A stretch of DNA of 64,000 nucleotides from Nitrospinaceae bacterium. Its GTDB lineage: Bacteria > Nitrospinota > Nitrospinia > Nitrospinales > VA-1. The notes beneath the pieces are model-generated. The model saw only the letters and a list, made by a program, of their open reading frames with translations. It ran no database searches and was not told the origin of the DNA. The stretch is from assembly GCA_046754465.1 (NCBI GenBank), contig JBHHVU010000007.1:1-64000 (forward strand), read 5' to 3'. Both the position numbers and the translations under genes were made by a program. Of the stretch, positions 10,287 to 20,480 are shown piece after piece; the first letter of the stretch is position 1; each line of letters starts with the position of its first letter.

Positions 10287-12440
10287 ATGATTGTCAAACG
10301 AGTTCTTATTTATTTGCCGCTGCTCCTTATTTTTTTCCTCGTCCAGTCCTTTTTCTGGGTCCCGACCTATGATAAACAGGCCGTTGGGAATCCGGACCGC
10401 CTCCTAAAATACATTCATGGGTCCGCTGCGGACGCCCAAATTCTCAATCCCATTCTGAGCGCCGATACCACCAGCAGTTCCATCAACGATCTTGTCTTCG
10501 AGGGGTTGATCGATCTGGATGAAAATCTGGAATACCGTCCCCGTCTGGCCGCTTCCTGGACCCAGTATGAAGAAGCGTACCTGGTCATCGACCCCGCTTA
10601 TTCGAAGATCAGGGACAAGGAAGGAAAACCTCTTAAGAACGCTTCCGGCTGGATTCGGTTCATTAACGAATCCCTGAAGACCAACCGCGAGTGGATTGCC
10701 AACCTCCGGTCCGTTGAGGTGGTTCCCGGACGGGAAACGGCAGGATTCATCCGGGTCCCCGTATTCGATGATAAGGGGCAGCCCGTCACGAAGAACGGGC
10801 TGCCGCAGACGAAAAAGTTGTTCTACAAACTGCGCCAGCCGGAGCGGATAAAATTTGTCCTGAACCGGATCGACCAGGACTTTTTCCAACCCATCCGCCA
10901 ATTGGTTGGGGAGGATTATTTCGACAGCTTTCCTTACCGGCGGTTCATCCGGGCGGAAAATCCTTCCCAACTGAAGGATCTAAAACCCAGTTTTGGAAAA
11001 TTGTTGCAGGTCACCGAGCACAATCCCATTCTTTTGTTTCATCTAAGGAAAGGGGTGCGGTTTCACGATGGACACGAGTTCGATTCGGGCGACGTGCTTT
11101 TCACCTATAGGGCGATCATGAATCCCAGGAATGCCTCTCCCAGGACTTCCGATTATGAGCCGATCAAATCGGTGGAGCCCCAGGGACCCCATGGTGTCAA
11201 GATTGTTTACAAACGCCTGTTTTCGCCGGCCATCAATTCCTGGTTCATGGGCATCTTGCCGGAGCATTTGCTCAATGACGCGGCTTTGGGGCGGGAGGCC
11301 GGGAAAAGAGGGTTGGAGAAAGCTTCCTTTACCATGCGCGACAGCGATTTCAACCGGCACCCCATCGGCACCGGGCCTTTTATTTTCAAGGAATGGAAGT
11401 CCGATGAATTGATCCTCCTGGTTCGTAATGAGAATTACTGGGAAGGGGCGCCAGAATATCACGAATACATCATGCGTATTGTTCCCGATGCCTTGACCCA
11501 GGAGATGGAATTTTATGCCGGGGCCGTGGACAACTATGCCGTCCAGCCGCATCAGGTAGCCCGTTTCAAACGGGATAAGAAATACCAGCGGTTTTCCAGC
11601 GTCGGCTATTTCTATTCGTATATCGGATACAACCTGAGAAACCCTCTATTTCGATCCGTTAAGGTGCGTACCGCGCTGGGAATGGCCATCGACGCGGATA
11701 AAATCATCAAGTATATTTTGTACGGGGAAGGGGAGAGGGTGACTGGCCCGTATCCCAAAATCACCGATTGGTACGATCCGGGCGTGAAGCCCCTTCCCTA
11801 TGATCCGGAGGGGGCGTTAAAGATATTAAACGATCTCGGTTGGCGGAAAAACGCGGAGGGGTTTCTGGAAAAAGACGGCAAGGTTTTCGAGTTCAATCTG
11901 ATCACCAACGCGGGCAACCCCATCCGCAAAAATATTCTCACCATCGCCCAGAACAGTTGGCGGAAACTCGGCATCAAATGCAACACCCAGATATTTGAAT
12001 GGGCGGTGTTTCTCAAGGATTTCGTCAACGCGTTAAAATTTGATGCCTTGATCCTGGGCTGGAGCATGGGGGTCGATCCCGATCTGTATCAGATTTGGCA
12101 TTCCAGTCAAACCCATCCCAGGCAACTCAACTTCGTGGGGTATAAAAATCCGGAAGTGGATCGGCTGATTGTCCGCATTCGCAGGGAATACGATAAAGAG
12201 AAACAGGTTAAAATGGCCCGCCAAATCCACCGGCTCATCGCCCGGGACCAGCCCTACACCTTTCTTTACGTGGCCAAGTCCACCCAGGTGTTGGATAAAA
12301 AAATAATCATCGTCGAAAAACAGCCCGACGGGTCGGAGAAGTACGAGAAAATATATCCGACGAAGGACGGGAGAATCCGCTATTACTTCAACAAGTGGAG
12401 AAAGCTTTCCTTCGTTCCCCGGTTCAGTCCGGCGGGGTGA
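10287..12440 (+). CDS. Peptide/nickel ABC transporter substrate-binding protein (SBP family 5) with N-terminal membrane anchor and large insertion
   Basis: LNPIL, PRLAASW, FHLRKGVRFHDG, PIGTGPF, VRTALGMAID motifs; 717 aa. Confidence 0.85.
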   Translation: MIVKRVLIYLPLLLIFFLVQSFFWVPTYDKQAVGNPDRLLKYIHGSAADAQILNPILSADTTSSSINDLVFEGLIDLDENLEYRPRLAASWTQYEEAYLVIDPAYSKIRDKEGKPLKNASGWIRFINESLKTNREWIANLRSVEVVPGRETAGFIRVPVFDDKGQPVTKNGLPQTKKLFYKLRQPERIKFVLNRIDQDFFQPIRQLVGEDYFDSFPYRRFIRAENPSQLKDLKPSFGKLLQVTEHNPILLFHLRKGVRFHDGHEFDSGDVLFTYRAIMNPRNASPRTSDYEPIKSVEPQGPHGVKIVYKRLFSPAINSWFMGILPEHLLNDAALGREAGKRGLEKASFTMRDSDFNRHPIGTGPFIFKEWKSDELILLVRNENYWEGAPEYHEYIMRIVPDALTQEMEFYAGAVDNYAVQPHQVARFKRDKKYQRFSSVGYFYSYIGYNLRNPLFRSVKVRTALGMAIDADKIIKYILYGEGERVTGPYPKITDWYDPGVKPLPYDPEGALKILNDLGWRKNAEGFLEKDGKVFEFNLITNAGNPIRKNILTIAQNSWRKLGIKCNTQIFEWAVFLKDFVNALKFDALILGWSMGVDPDLYQIWHSSQTHPRQLNFVGYKNPEVDRLIVRIRREYDKEKQVKMARQIHRLIARDQPYTFLYVAKSTQVLDKKIIIVEKQPDGSEKYEKIYPTKDGRIRYYFNKWRKLSFVPRFSPAG

Positions 12441-12450
12441 AACCCGGGAC

Positions 12451-13620
12451 TCATTGGAAGATTCTCCTGCGCAAATAGATTTCTACCGTGTTTTGGGCGT
12501 TGCTGGCGACGGCGATATCCATCATACCGTCGCTGTTATAGTCGCCGCTGGTGATGGCCAGTGGCGTTCCCCCAGCCACCGCGTAGTCCCGCGTGGGAAA
12601 CCTAAAGAGTCCGTTGGACCGGCGCATCACCAGGGAAAAATTGCTGCTGCGCGAATTGGCGACCGCCACGTCCATCCAATCGTCATCGTTGAAATGTTCC
12701 GCCACCAGGGAGATCGGTCCGCCGCCCCCCGAAAAGGTGATTTTCTTCTGGAAGGTTCCATCCCCATTGGAATACAGCATATAGAGGTTGTCCCCCTTGC
12801 CCGAAGCGAAGACCAGGTCGACGATCCCATCCCCGTTCATGTCTTTTCCGATCAGGCACAGAGGGACGAGCCCCTCGGCAAGCCGGGTGGGTTTGGTGAA
12901 AGATCCATTCCCCTTGCCCCAGAAGATTCGGATGGCGCTGGATTGGGAACTGCTTGCCGCCAGGGCGATGTCCTTGTTCCCGTCTCCGTTAAAATCCCCC
13001 GAAACCCCGGAAAAGGACCGGGAACCGGTAAAATAGGTGTTTCTTTTTTTAAAGGATCCGTTTCCCCGTCCCAGATAAATTTCTATTTTATCGAAGGTCA
13101 GGGTGACCCCCAAATCCATGTGGCCGTCATTGTTGAAATCTTCCACAATGACCTCTAGGGGAACCCGGCCCGTCCGGTGCCGCCGGGGTTTTTGAAAAGC
13201 GTCCCCTTCCTTTCCCAACAGGGTGGTGAATACATTGGCCCCCCGGCCATTGACCACGAGGTCGGGGAGGCCGTCCTGGTTCAGGTCGCCCGCGGCGAGG
13301 GAAGTGGGTTCCGCGGAAACACGAAGGGTCAGGGGCGCTTTAAACGTTCCGTCCCCCTTTCCGTAAAGCACGGTGAGGGTGCTGTTCTTCGCGTTGGCGG
13401 AGACGATGTCCGCTTCCCCATCCAGGTTCAGGTCCAGCGTCAGGAGATCCGCCGGTCCCTGGCCCACTTGCAGGACATTGTATTTGTATAAGAGGTTGGG
13501 AGGAGGGGAGGGCAGTTTGAAGTCGCAGGCGGACAAGGCCAGTCCGGGAATCAGGAATAAGAAACCGAGAATGCGTCTGGCCCGGGTTTCCCAAGGAAGA
13601 AACATCTTGGGGAAGGGCAT
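12451..13620 (-). CDS. FG-GAP/VCBS repeat beta-propeller lipoprotein
   Basis: Repeated DxNxDGxxD..V..GxGDG.F motifs (about 7) and lipobox-like LSAC; start at 13620 or 13605 preferred over 13716. Confidence 0.85.
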   Translation of the reverse strand: MPFPKMFLPWETRARRILGFLFLIPGLALSACDFKLPSPPPNLLYKYNVLQVGQGPADLLTLDLNLDGEADIVSANAKNSTLTVLYGKGDGTFKAPLTLRVSAEPTSLAAGDLNQDGLPDLVVNGRGANVFTTLLGKEGDAFQKPRRHRTGRVPLEVIVEDFNNDGHMDLGVTLTFDKIEIYLGRGNGSFKKRNTYFTGSRSFSGVSGDFNGDGNKDIALAASSSQSSAIRIFWGKGNGSFTKPTRLAEGLVPLCLIGKDMNGDGIVDLVFASGKGDNLYMLYSNGDGTFQKKITFSGGGGPISLVAEHFNDDDWMDVAVANSRSSNFSLVMRRSNGLFRFPTRDYAVAGGTPLAITSGDYNSDGMMDIAVASNAQNTVEIYLRRRIFQ

Positions 13621-13724
13621 GGGGGGATTTTTAAAAGGAGACCGCGGACGGACCGAAAGCTTGAATTCCCTTGATTTTGTCCGGGACCTATGTAAAAATC
13701 TTGAAAAATTCTGCATATTAGCAA

Positions 13725-13777
13725 CCCCCTCGCTCTAACCCAAAAGGGTTAGGGCTAATTCTAATCCGTGAGGAGGT
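13725..13777 (+). ncRNA. S6:S18 ribosomal-protein leader (autogenous control element)
   Basis: P1 CCCCUC pairs with the SD GAGGAGG; P2 hairpin GCUCUAACCC-AAAA-GGGUUAGGGC; unpaired CCG at 13766-13768 just before rpsF. Confidence 0.8.
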
Positions 13778-13783
13778 CATCCA

Positions 13784-14185
13784 TTGCGTTCCTACCAGAG
13801 TGTCATCATTCTCAAACCCGATTTTGACGAAGCGCAGGTTGACGAAGCGCTTGAAACCATTTGCAGTTTTATCAAAAATCAGGGCGGAGTCAGCCTGAAA
13901 ATAGATAAATGGGGCAAAAAACGCCTCGCTTACAAGGTCAGGAAAAACCGGTTCGGGTATTATCTCAATATTTATCACACCTGCGAAAATGATAAAGTGT
14001 CCGTCCTGGAAGAAAAGTACCGTTTGTTCGATCCTATCATAAAATACCTCGTGGTCCGGGTGGAAGATAAAGAATTGGAGCGGGTCATTGGAGAGGACAC
14101 GAATGATACCACCGAGCCGGAAACCGAAAGCGCCGGGGAGGAAATTGAATCCACGAAACCCAGCGAAGTTGAAAAAGAATCCTAG
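13784..14185 (+). CDS. rpsF: 30S ribosomal protein S6
   Basis: YQSVIILKP...WGKKRLAYKV motif; TTG start after SD; acidic tail. Confidence 0.96.
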   Translation: MRSYQSVIILKPDFDEAQVDEALETICSFIKNQGGVSLKIDKWGKKRLAYKVRKNRFGYYLNIYHTCENDKVSVLEEKYRLFDPIIKYLVVRVEDKELERVIGEDTNDTTEPETESAGEEIESTKPSEVEKES

Positions 14186-14223
14186 AGCCCGTTCCAGGGG
14201 CTAATCCAGGAGCGAACGGAACG

Positions 14224-14628
14224 ATGGCGTCTTTTAATAAAGTGTTACTCATGGGAAACCTGACCCGGGACCCCGAACTGCGGTATACCGCCAGCGGGGC
14301 GGCGGTCGCGAGTTTCGGGCTGGCGGTCAACCGCCGCTACAAGCAGGGAGAGGAATGGAAGGATGAGGTGTGTTATGTCGACATCACCGTTTGGGCCAAA
14401 CAGGCGGAAAACTGTGCCGAATACCTGCACAAGGGCAGCGCAGTGTTTGTCGAGGGACGCCTCAATTTTCAGTCCTGGGAGACCGATACAGGGCAGAAAC
14501 GAAGCAAACTAGAGGTGGTCGCCAATAACGTCCAGTTTCTCAGCCGGCCCGGTTCCCCCAAGGATTCCCCTTCCTCCGTCTCCGACGAACCTCCGGCGCA
14601 GAACGAAAAAGACGATATTCCGTTTTAA
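14224..14628 (+). CDS. ssb: Single-stranded DNA-binding protein
   Basis: NKVLLMGNLTRDPELRYT; C-terminal DDIPF. Confidence 0.98.
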   Translation: MASFNKVLLMGNLTRDPELRYTASGAAVASFGLAVNRRYKQGEEWKDEVCYVDITVWAKQAENCAEYLHKGSAVFVEGRLNFQSWETDTGQKRSKLEVVANNVQFLSRPGSPKDSPSSVSDEPPAQNEKDDIPF

Positions 14629-14674
14629 CGCGAACCTGAAATAAAAAAATTTCTAATTCAAACCAGAGGGAAGA

Positions 14675-14911
14675 ATGGCCAGTTCAAGAAAACGAGCTTT
14701 TTTTGCTCAAAAAATCTGCCGGTTTTGTGCGGAAAAAATTGATTTTATCGATTTCCATGACATAAAAGTTTTGAAACCTCTCATTTCCGAGAGAGGGAAA
14801 ATTGTTCCCTCGCGGATTTCCGGGAATTGTGCCAAGCACCAACGGCAGCTGACCCGGGCGGTCAAGCGGGCGAGGAATATTGCTTTATTGCCTTTTGCCG
14901 TAGAACATTGA
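14675..14911 (+). CDS. rpsR: 30S ribosomal protein S18 (Zn-binding form)
   Basis: CRFC...[29 protein letters not shown]. Confidence 0.98.
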   Translation: MASSRKRAFFAQKICRFCAEKIDFIDFHDIKVLKPLISERGKIVPSRISGNCAKHQRQLTRAVKRARNIALLPFAVEH

Positions 14912-15867
14912 TCTTGTCCGGTCCATCTCAGCCCAAAGATCTTCTGTTGCCCTTTCTCCTTGTTCTGGCGGTTTTATTTGTGGTTTGGCTTATTCCCGCG
15001 GTGGGGACCTTGGCGGGAATCTTTTCCCCGGCCCTCCTCATTTTCGTGTTTCTCCAGCGGGGCAAAATCGTGGGTTTGGTATTGATAGCCCTGGTTTTCC
15101 TCGTTATATTGATCCTGATGGGGGCCGCGCAGAGCCTGCTCTTTTTTGCCGAATATGGGGTTATGGCGGTCATTATGGGAGAATCCATCCGCCACCAATT
15201 GTCCCTGGATAAATGTATTTTTTTCAGTTCCCTGGGGTCCGCCGTCCTTTCGATACTTTTACTGTTTGTGCTCTTTACGGACCGTGAAACTTCGCTCACG
15301 GATTATTTTCAGCAGCAGATTCAAAAACATTTCCAACAGTCCTTGGAAACGCTCGAATCGGTGGGAGAAAACCAGGCAGAACTGGATACGCTCCGGCAAT
15401 TTGTCGATAAAAGCTCGCGCACTTTCGCCGCCGCGTACCCGGCCTTCATCCTGGTCGGGTCCCTCATCACCGCCGCCGTTAATTTTTTTCTCGTGAGGGG
15501 GGTATGGACAAGGTTGTATGGGCAAACCCTTTTTGTTCCAGGAACGTTTACCCAATGGGTCCTGGCCGATTATTGGGTCTGGCTACTGATTCCCTCGGCG
15601 GCCTCGTTGTTTTTGGGCGGCGGTTTCCTGGGAACCTTGGGGATGAACATTTTCATCGTCATGGTGGTGATCTATTTTTTTCAGGGACTGGCGATCACCC
15701 TTCACATTGTTGAAACGCGGAAAATCCCAATATTTTTCCGGGTGCTGATTCTTTTCCTGATTTTGATTCAACCTGTTTTGATGGGTATCGTGGTTGGACT
15801 GGGGGTCTTCGATATTTGGATCGATTTCAGGAAAGTGAGGACACAAAATATCGGAGGCTCCGATTAA
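14908..15867 (+). CDS. DUF2232 / YybS-family membrane protein
   Basis: Multi-TM; YFFQGL and [12 protein letters not shown]-terminus; conserved position between rpsR and rplI; TTG start overlaps the rpsR stop. Confidence 0.88.
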   Translation: MILSGPSQPKDLLLPFLLVLAVLFVVWLIPAVGTLAGIFSPALLIFVFLQRGKIVGLVLIALVFLVILILMGAAQSLLFFAEYGVMAVIMGESIRHQLSLDKCIFFSSLGSAVLSILLLFVLFTDRETSLTDYFQQQIQKHFQQSLETLESVGENQAELDTLRQFVDKSSRTFAAAYPAFILVGSLITAAVNFFLVRGVWTRLYGQTLFVPGTFTQWVLADYWVWLLIPSAASLFLGGGFLGTLGMNIFIVMVVIYFFQGLAITLHIVETRKIPIFFRVLILFLILIQPVLMGIVVGLGVFDIWIDFRKVRTQNIGGSD

Positions 15868-15909
15868 AAAACGTTTTCGTTCATAACTTATCAGGGAGTG
15901 AATTTTGAT

Positions 15910-16431
15910 ATGAAGTTGCTATTGAAGGAAGATGTGGAAGGTTTGGGAATATGCGGAGACGAGGTGACCGTCAAGGACGGATACGGCCGTAATTATCTTG
16001 TCCCGAAGGGCAAGGCTATCCTGGCGACTCCGAAGAATATCAAGCAGTTCAATCATCAGAAAATGATCGTCCAGGGAAAACTGAAGAAAATTGTCGGGTC
16101 CGCCGATGCCCTGCGGCAGCAGATCGAGAAAATCACCTGCACGGTCCGGAAAAAGGTGGGGGAACAGGGGAAACTTTATGGGTCTGTCACCACCCAGGAA
16201 ATCGCCGACCTGCTCAGGAAAAACGGCGTCGAGGTGGATAAACGCAAGATCCAACCCGCCGAACCCATCCGTTCCCTGGGCGAATTCAAGGTCCCCATCA
16301 AACTGCACCCCCAGGTGGTGGCCCAAATCCATGTTGCCGTAATCCAGGACGCCGTTCCGGAAGAAGCGGAAACCGCCTCCGCGCCGGAAAAGAAACCGGC
16401 TGAAGAAAAGGCGGAAAAAGAAGAATCCTGA
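15910..16431 (+). CDS. rplI: 50S ribosomal protein L9
   Basis: VKDGYGRNYLVPKG, GKLYGSVT, IKLHP motifs. Confidence 0.97.
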   Translation: MKLLLKEDVEGLGICGDEVTVKDGYGRNYLVPKGKAILATPKNIKQFNHQKMIVQGKLKKIVGSADALRQQIEKITCTVRKKVGEQGKLYGSVTTQEIADLLRKNGVEVDKRKIQPAEPIRSLGEFKVPIKLHPQVVAQIHVAVIQDAVPEEAETASAPEKKPAEEKAEKEES

Positions 16432-16467
16432 CGTCCCGGGGGTATTCCCGGGAGTGGATAACCTGAC

Positions 16468-17904
16468 ATGCCGGAAGCCATCACCGAAATATCCTTGAAC
16501 AAGCTTCCCCCTTACAACCTGGAAGCTGAGCAGAGTGTCCTGGGGGCTTGCCTGAAATCCGCCGAGGCGTTCGCCAAATCGCTGGAAGTTCTGGGTGAGG
16601 AGGAATTTTACAAGTCGAGCCATAGAAAGATTTTCAAGGCGATGCAGGAATTGTTCGAGGCGAACGATCCAATCGATATCCTCGCCCTGGCGGAAGTATT
16701 GAGGAAAAAAAATGATTTGGAGGCGGCCGGCGGACTCGAATACCTCGATATCCTCGAAGATTTCGTGCCCACCGCTACGGCAGTGGTGCACCACGCCAAA
16801 ATTGTCCGCGAGAAAAAAATCCTGCGCGACCTCATCGAAACCGCTACCGAAATCGCCACCACCAGCTACGGGGATTCCGAGGAGGTGGACCTCATCCTGG
16901 ACCGGGCGGAGCAGTCCATTTTCCAGATTTCCGAGAAGCGCACCCGGCGCAGTTTTTTCAGCCTGAAAGAGGTCGTCAAGGAAAACTTCGTTTCCATAGA
17001 AAAACTCTTCGAATCCCCGGGAATGGTAACGGGGGTCCCTACGGGGTTCACCGACCTGGATCACATCACCTCCGGACTCCAACCCTCCGATCTCATTATA
17101 ATTGCCGGCAGGCCGAGCATGGGGAAGACGAGTTTTGCCTTGGACATCGCCCGGCATGCCGCCTTGCATGGGGATATCACCACCGCCCTTTTCAGCCTGG
17201 AGATGTCGCGGGAACAGTTGGGCCTCCGGCTGCTGTGCGCTGAGGCGCGTATCAACTCCTCCAAGTTACGGACGGGTTATATTGCCCGGCAGGACTGGCC
17301 GAAATTGACCGCGGCGGCCGGACGGCTTTCCGAGGCCAATATGTTTATCGATGACAGCCCAGCGTTGTCCACGCTCGATATCCGGGCTCGGGCCCGGCGG
17401 CTCGCCGCCGAACAACCCCTCGGACTCCTCATCGTCGATTATCTGCAGTTGATGCACAGCCGTTCGCAGTCCGAGAGCCGTCAACTGGAAGTCTCGGAAA
17501 TCTCACGCGGACTCAAGGCCCTCGCCAAGGAACTCAATGTGCCGGTCGTCGCTCTTTCCCAGTTGAGCCGCGCCGTGGAAAACCGGACCGACAAAAGACC
17601 CCTGCTCTCCGATCTCAGGGAATCCGGCTCCATCGAACAAGACGCGGATGTCGTCGCCTTTATTTACCGCGATGAGGTGTATCATCCCGAAGGAGAGCAT
17701 GTGGGCACCGCCGAAATCCTCATCCGCAAACAGAGAAATGGCCCGATCGGCGATGTCCGTTTGCGTTTTGAAAACGAATGCACCCGGTTTTACAACCTGT
17801 CCTCCAAAGATGAGGTGGATGCCGGATTACCCCCCGAAGCCTTTTCCGAAGATGAGGTGGATGCCGGGTTACCCCCCGATACCTTTTCCGAAGAGGATGA
17901 ATGA
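16468..17904 (+). CDS. dnaB: Replicative DNA helicase
   Basis: PPYNLEAEQSVLG, AGRPSMGKT, IVDYLQLM, SDLRESGSIEQDAD motifs. Confidence 0.98.
   Translation: MPEAITEISLNKLPPYNLEAEQSVLGACLKSAEAFAKSLEVLGEEEFYKSSHRKIFKAMQELFEANDPIDILALAEVLRKKNDLEAAGGLEYLDILEDFVPTATAVVHHAKIVREKKILRDLIETATEIATTSYGDSEEVDLILDRAEQSIFQISEKRTRRSFFSLKEVVKENFVSIEKLFESPGMVTGVPTGFTDLDHITSGLQPSDLIIIAGRPSMGKTSFALDIARHAALHGDITTALFSLEMSREQLGLRLLCAEARINSSKLRTGYIARQDWPKLTAAAGRLSEANMFIDDSPALSTLDIRARARRLAAEQPLGLLIVDYLQLMHSRSQSESRQLEVSEISRGLKALAKELNVPVVALSQLSRAVENRTDKRPLLSDLRESGSIEQDADVVAFIYRDEVYHPEGEHVGTAEILIRKQRNGPIGDVRLRFENECTRFYNLSSKDEVDAGLPPEAFSEDEVDAGLPPDTFSEEDE
17807..17890 (+). repeat. 42-bp tandem duplication in the dnaB 3' end
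   Basis: Two near-identical units (17807-17848, 17849-17890) encoding DEVDAGLPPEAFSE / DEVDAGLPPDTFSE. Confidence 0.9.
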
Positions 17905-17967
17905 TCTGAATCAAGAACATTTTTTCCCAAAAACGGGATTCATGCCCTGTCGGAAAAAATCTTCACC

Positions 17968-18954
17968 TTGATTCCCCTTGTGATGAACCCCTTTTATTCG
18001 TTTCGCCCTTCACAGCCGGGAAAATTGCGTTCTGCCGGAATTTTTCCAGGGATCATGGAATTTCTCTTCAAGTTTCGATGGATGGCCCCCATCGGTCTCC
18101 TGCTGTGGGCTCTGGTTCCGGCCTCCCCGTTTGCCCAGGAGTCCCCTCATCCGGGGAATTTCAACCTGACTCCCCGGCAACGCGCCGAAACATTTCTTTA
18201 CCGCAAGGAATATGAGAAGGCGGTCGAGGCCTTCCAAACTCTTTTGGAAAAAGGAGGCGGAGAGAGCCCCGTGTTTCGGGGACTAGTTCGGGCTTATCGC
18301 GGGTCCGGCCGCTTGCAAGAAGCCGAAAAGTTTCTGAAGGAGTATTTGAGGGTTCATCCAGCCTCCTCCCCGGCGCACTATGGGTTGGGGTACTCCTTTT
18401 ACCTGATGGAAAATGATTCGGCCGCAATGGAGCAATTCGATGAAGCGCTCCGATTGGACCCCAAAAACGCGCTGGCGTGGAACAACCGTGGAGCGTCATT
18501 AGCGCGCACAAAATCATACACTTTCGCCGTGAAAAGCGTCAAGGAGGCGATCCGTCTAGAACCCTCTAACCCAATGTATTATAAGAATTTGCTGGCAATT
18601 TACCAGAAAATGGGGGAACCTGGCTTGTTTTTTGCAGAATTTAGGGAATACGTCAAGGGCGGCTCCCGACTTTTGGCGCAGGGTTACGGCAAAACCCTTG
18701 CCGTGACCCTGCGCCAGGAGGCCTTCGGGTTGTATGCCAAGGGAAAACTCGATGCATCGATCGCCAAATTTTCGGAAATGGTAAAGATTTATCGGGAGAT
18801 TGAATACACCCAGGGTCTGGTTCCCGGTTATTTTGGGCTGGGAATTTTATTTGAGGAAAAAGGGGACCAGGAAAAAGCCCAGGATTATTTTCGAAAAGTG
18901 TTGTCCATCAATCCCAACCATATTCAAGCCCGGGAAAAAGTAAAAAATAATTGA
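17968..18954 (+). CDS. Secreted tetratricopeptide-repeat protein (true start probably downstream, about 18055-18082)
   Basis: Signal-like segment then TPR motifs (AHYGLG, AWNNRGA, YFGLG..KVLSINP). Confidence 0.8.
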   Translation: MIPLVMNPFYSFRPSQPGKLRSAGIFPGIMEFLFKFRWMAPIGLLLWALVPASPFAQESPHPGNFNLTPRQRAETFLYRKEYEKAVEAFQTLLEKGGGESPVFRGLVRAYRGSGRLQEAEKFLKEYLRVHPASSPAHYGLGYSFYLMENDSAAMEQFDEALRLDPKNALAWNNRGASLARTKSYTFAVKSVKEAIRLEPSNPMYYKNLLAIYQKMGEPGLFFAEFREYVKGGSRLLAQGYGKTLAVTLRQEAFGLYAKGKLDASIAKFSEMVKIYREIEYTQGLVPGYFGLGILFEEKGDQEKAQDYFRKVLSINPNHIQAREKVKNN

Positions 18955-19092
18955 AATAAAAGATTTTTTATCCCTCTTTTGAAGGGTTATATTTTTTAAA
19001 ATTTTGCAAAATTATTATAAAATTCGCTGAAAAATTTTAAGGATTGGCAATTTCAATTGAAGTTTAAGAGGGGTAAACAATTCAATTAATTG

Positions 19093-19121
19093 TTGACATC
19101 ATAAGGCTTCAAAGCTAGGAT
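19093..19121 (+). promoter_or_regulatory. Sigma-70 promoter for the M23 peptidase gene
   Basis: TTGACA-17 nt-TAGGAT in an AT-rich intergenic region. Confidence 0.65.
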
Positions 19122-19164
19122 TTACGGCATATTCCAGCCATTTGACACATCAGAGGAGGTTGGG

Positions 19165-20094
19165 TTGAGAAAAGACGATTACACAATTGTTATTTTCCCC
19201 GGTTCCGCCGGAGCACCCAAAAATTTAAATGTTCCCAAACGCTGGGTCCACATCGGGCTGAGTCTGTTTTTAGTTTTAGTGATTGGGCTAACCGGTTCTT
19301 CCATTTATTTCACGAAAAATTATCTTCGGTTACTCGATGATCAGTCGGAAATCACCGATCTTAGGCGGGAATCCAAGATTCAAAAAATTCAGGTTGAAAA
19401 ATTTGCCCAGCAAATCAAGAATTTTGCCAATGAGATGGCGCGTTTGGAGCGGTTTGAAAGCAAACTTCGGGTGATTACCGCCTTGGGGAACTCCCCCGTC
19501 TCCGCGGATAAAAATTGGGGCGTTGGCGGACCCTACGGCCTGACGACCCACAGTTTTTCCACCTCCCTGGAAAGAGAAGCCATCTCCATGGTGGAGCGGT
19601 TATCCAGCGACCTGAATAATTTGAACCAGCAGGCCAGAATTCAATCGATCGGTTTCCAGCAATTGGATGAGTTTTTCAAGAACCAGAAATCCTTGTTGTC
19701 TTCGACGCCCTCCATCTGGCCCACGCGGGGATGGGTGACTTCCGGGTTTGGGTTCAGGAAATCCCCCTTCACTGGCCTTCGGGAGAAACACGAGGGCTGG
19801 GATATCGGGGCACGGAATGGGTCGCCTATCCGGGCTACTGCGGACGGTGTCGCCGCCGTGGTTGGCCGGGAGACGGGGTACGGAAATATGGTCGAAATTA
19901 ATCATGGATACGGTCTCGTCACCCGGTATGGGCACAACTCCAAGAATCTGGTCCTGGTGGGTGATAAGGTCCGTCGGGGCCAAGTGATCGCCCTTGTTGG
20001 GAATACCGGCCGCAGTACGGGACCTCATCTCCATTACGAAGTTCTGTTTAACGGGGTTCCGGTGAATCCTAAAAATTATATCCTGGAGGAATGA
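19165..20094 (+). CDS. M23-family metallopeptidase (murein endopeptidase)
   Basis: N-terminal TM and coiled coil; PSIWP, HEGWD, RYGH, STGPHLHYEV. Confidence 0.93.
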   Translation: MRKDDYTIVIFPGSAGAPKNLNVPKRWVHIGLSLFLVLVIGLTGSSIYFTKNYLRLLDDQSEITDLRRESKIQKIQVEKFAQQIKNFANEMARLERFESKLRVITALGNSPVSADKNWGVGGPYGLTTHSFSTSLEREAISMVERLSSDLNNLNQQARIQSIGFQQLDEFFKNQKSLLSSTPSIWPTRGWVTSGFGFRKSPFTGLREKHEGWDIGARNGSPIRATADGVAAVVGRETGYGNMVEINHGYGLVTRYGHNSKNLVLVGDKVRRGQVIALVGNTGRSTGPHLHYEVLFNGVPVNPKNYILEE

Positions 20095-20480
20095 CCGGGA
20101 AGCACGCGGCCCGCCGTCCGGGAGGGTCTTTCCCGGCCCAAAACCCCCCCCTCTCATATTCTTTGAGGGGCCGTCCATTTCATGTTATCCTGTAAAGGAA
20201 AATAGGTCCCTCTCCCCGTCCGGGAATGATTTAACATCTCCTTGAGTCGCCACTTCCAGATAATTGAAACCCTTAAGGAAAGGTCTGGGACCAAACCCGC
20301 TTGGATTAGGTAAATTTTGAGATCCACGGCAATTGTGAAGAAAAGCACGAATGTGGAGGACGCCTCCCGGTTAGTTTCCCGGCTAGGGGATTTCACCCCC
20401 GGAAACTCTTGCATCTAATGTGCGTGAAGGGTTTTGCATCCTTTCCCGCGGCGGTTAATTTTTTTAATCAGGATTAAACC

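Noticed and set aside
15919..17169. 416-aa antisense ORF over rplI/dnaB, and similar ones over secA, qor and htrA
   Set aside because: They fully overlap well-supported genes on the opposite strand and have no domain signatures.
16468..17904. Intein in DnaB
   Set aside because: Length is normal (478 aa) and the helicase motifs are uninterrupted.
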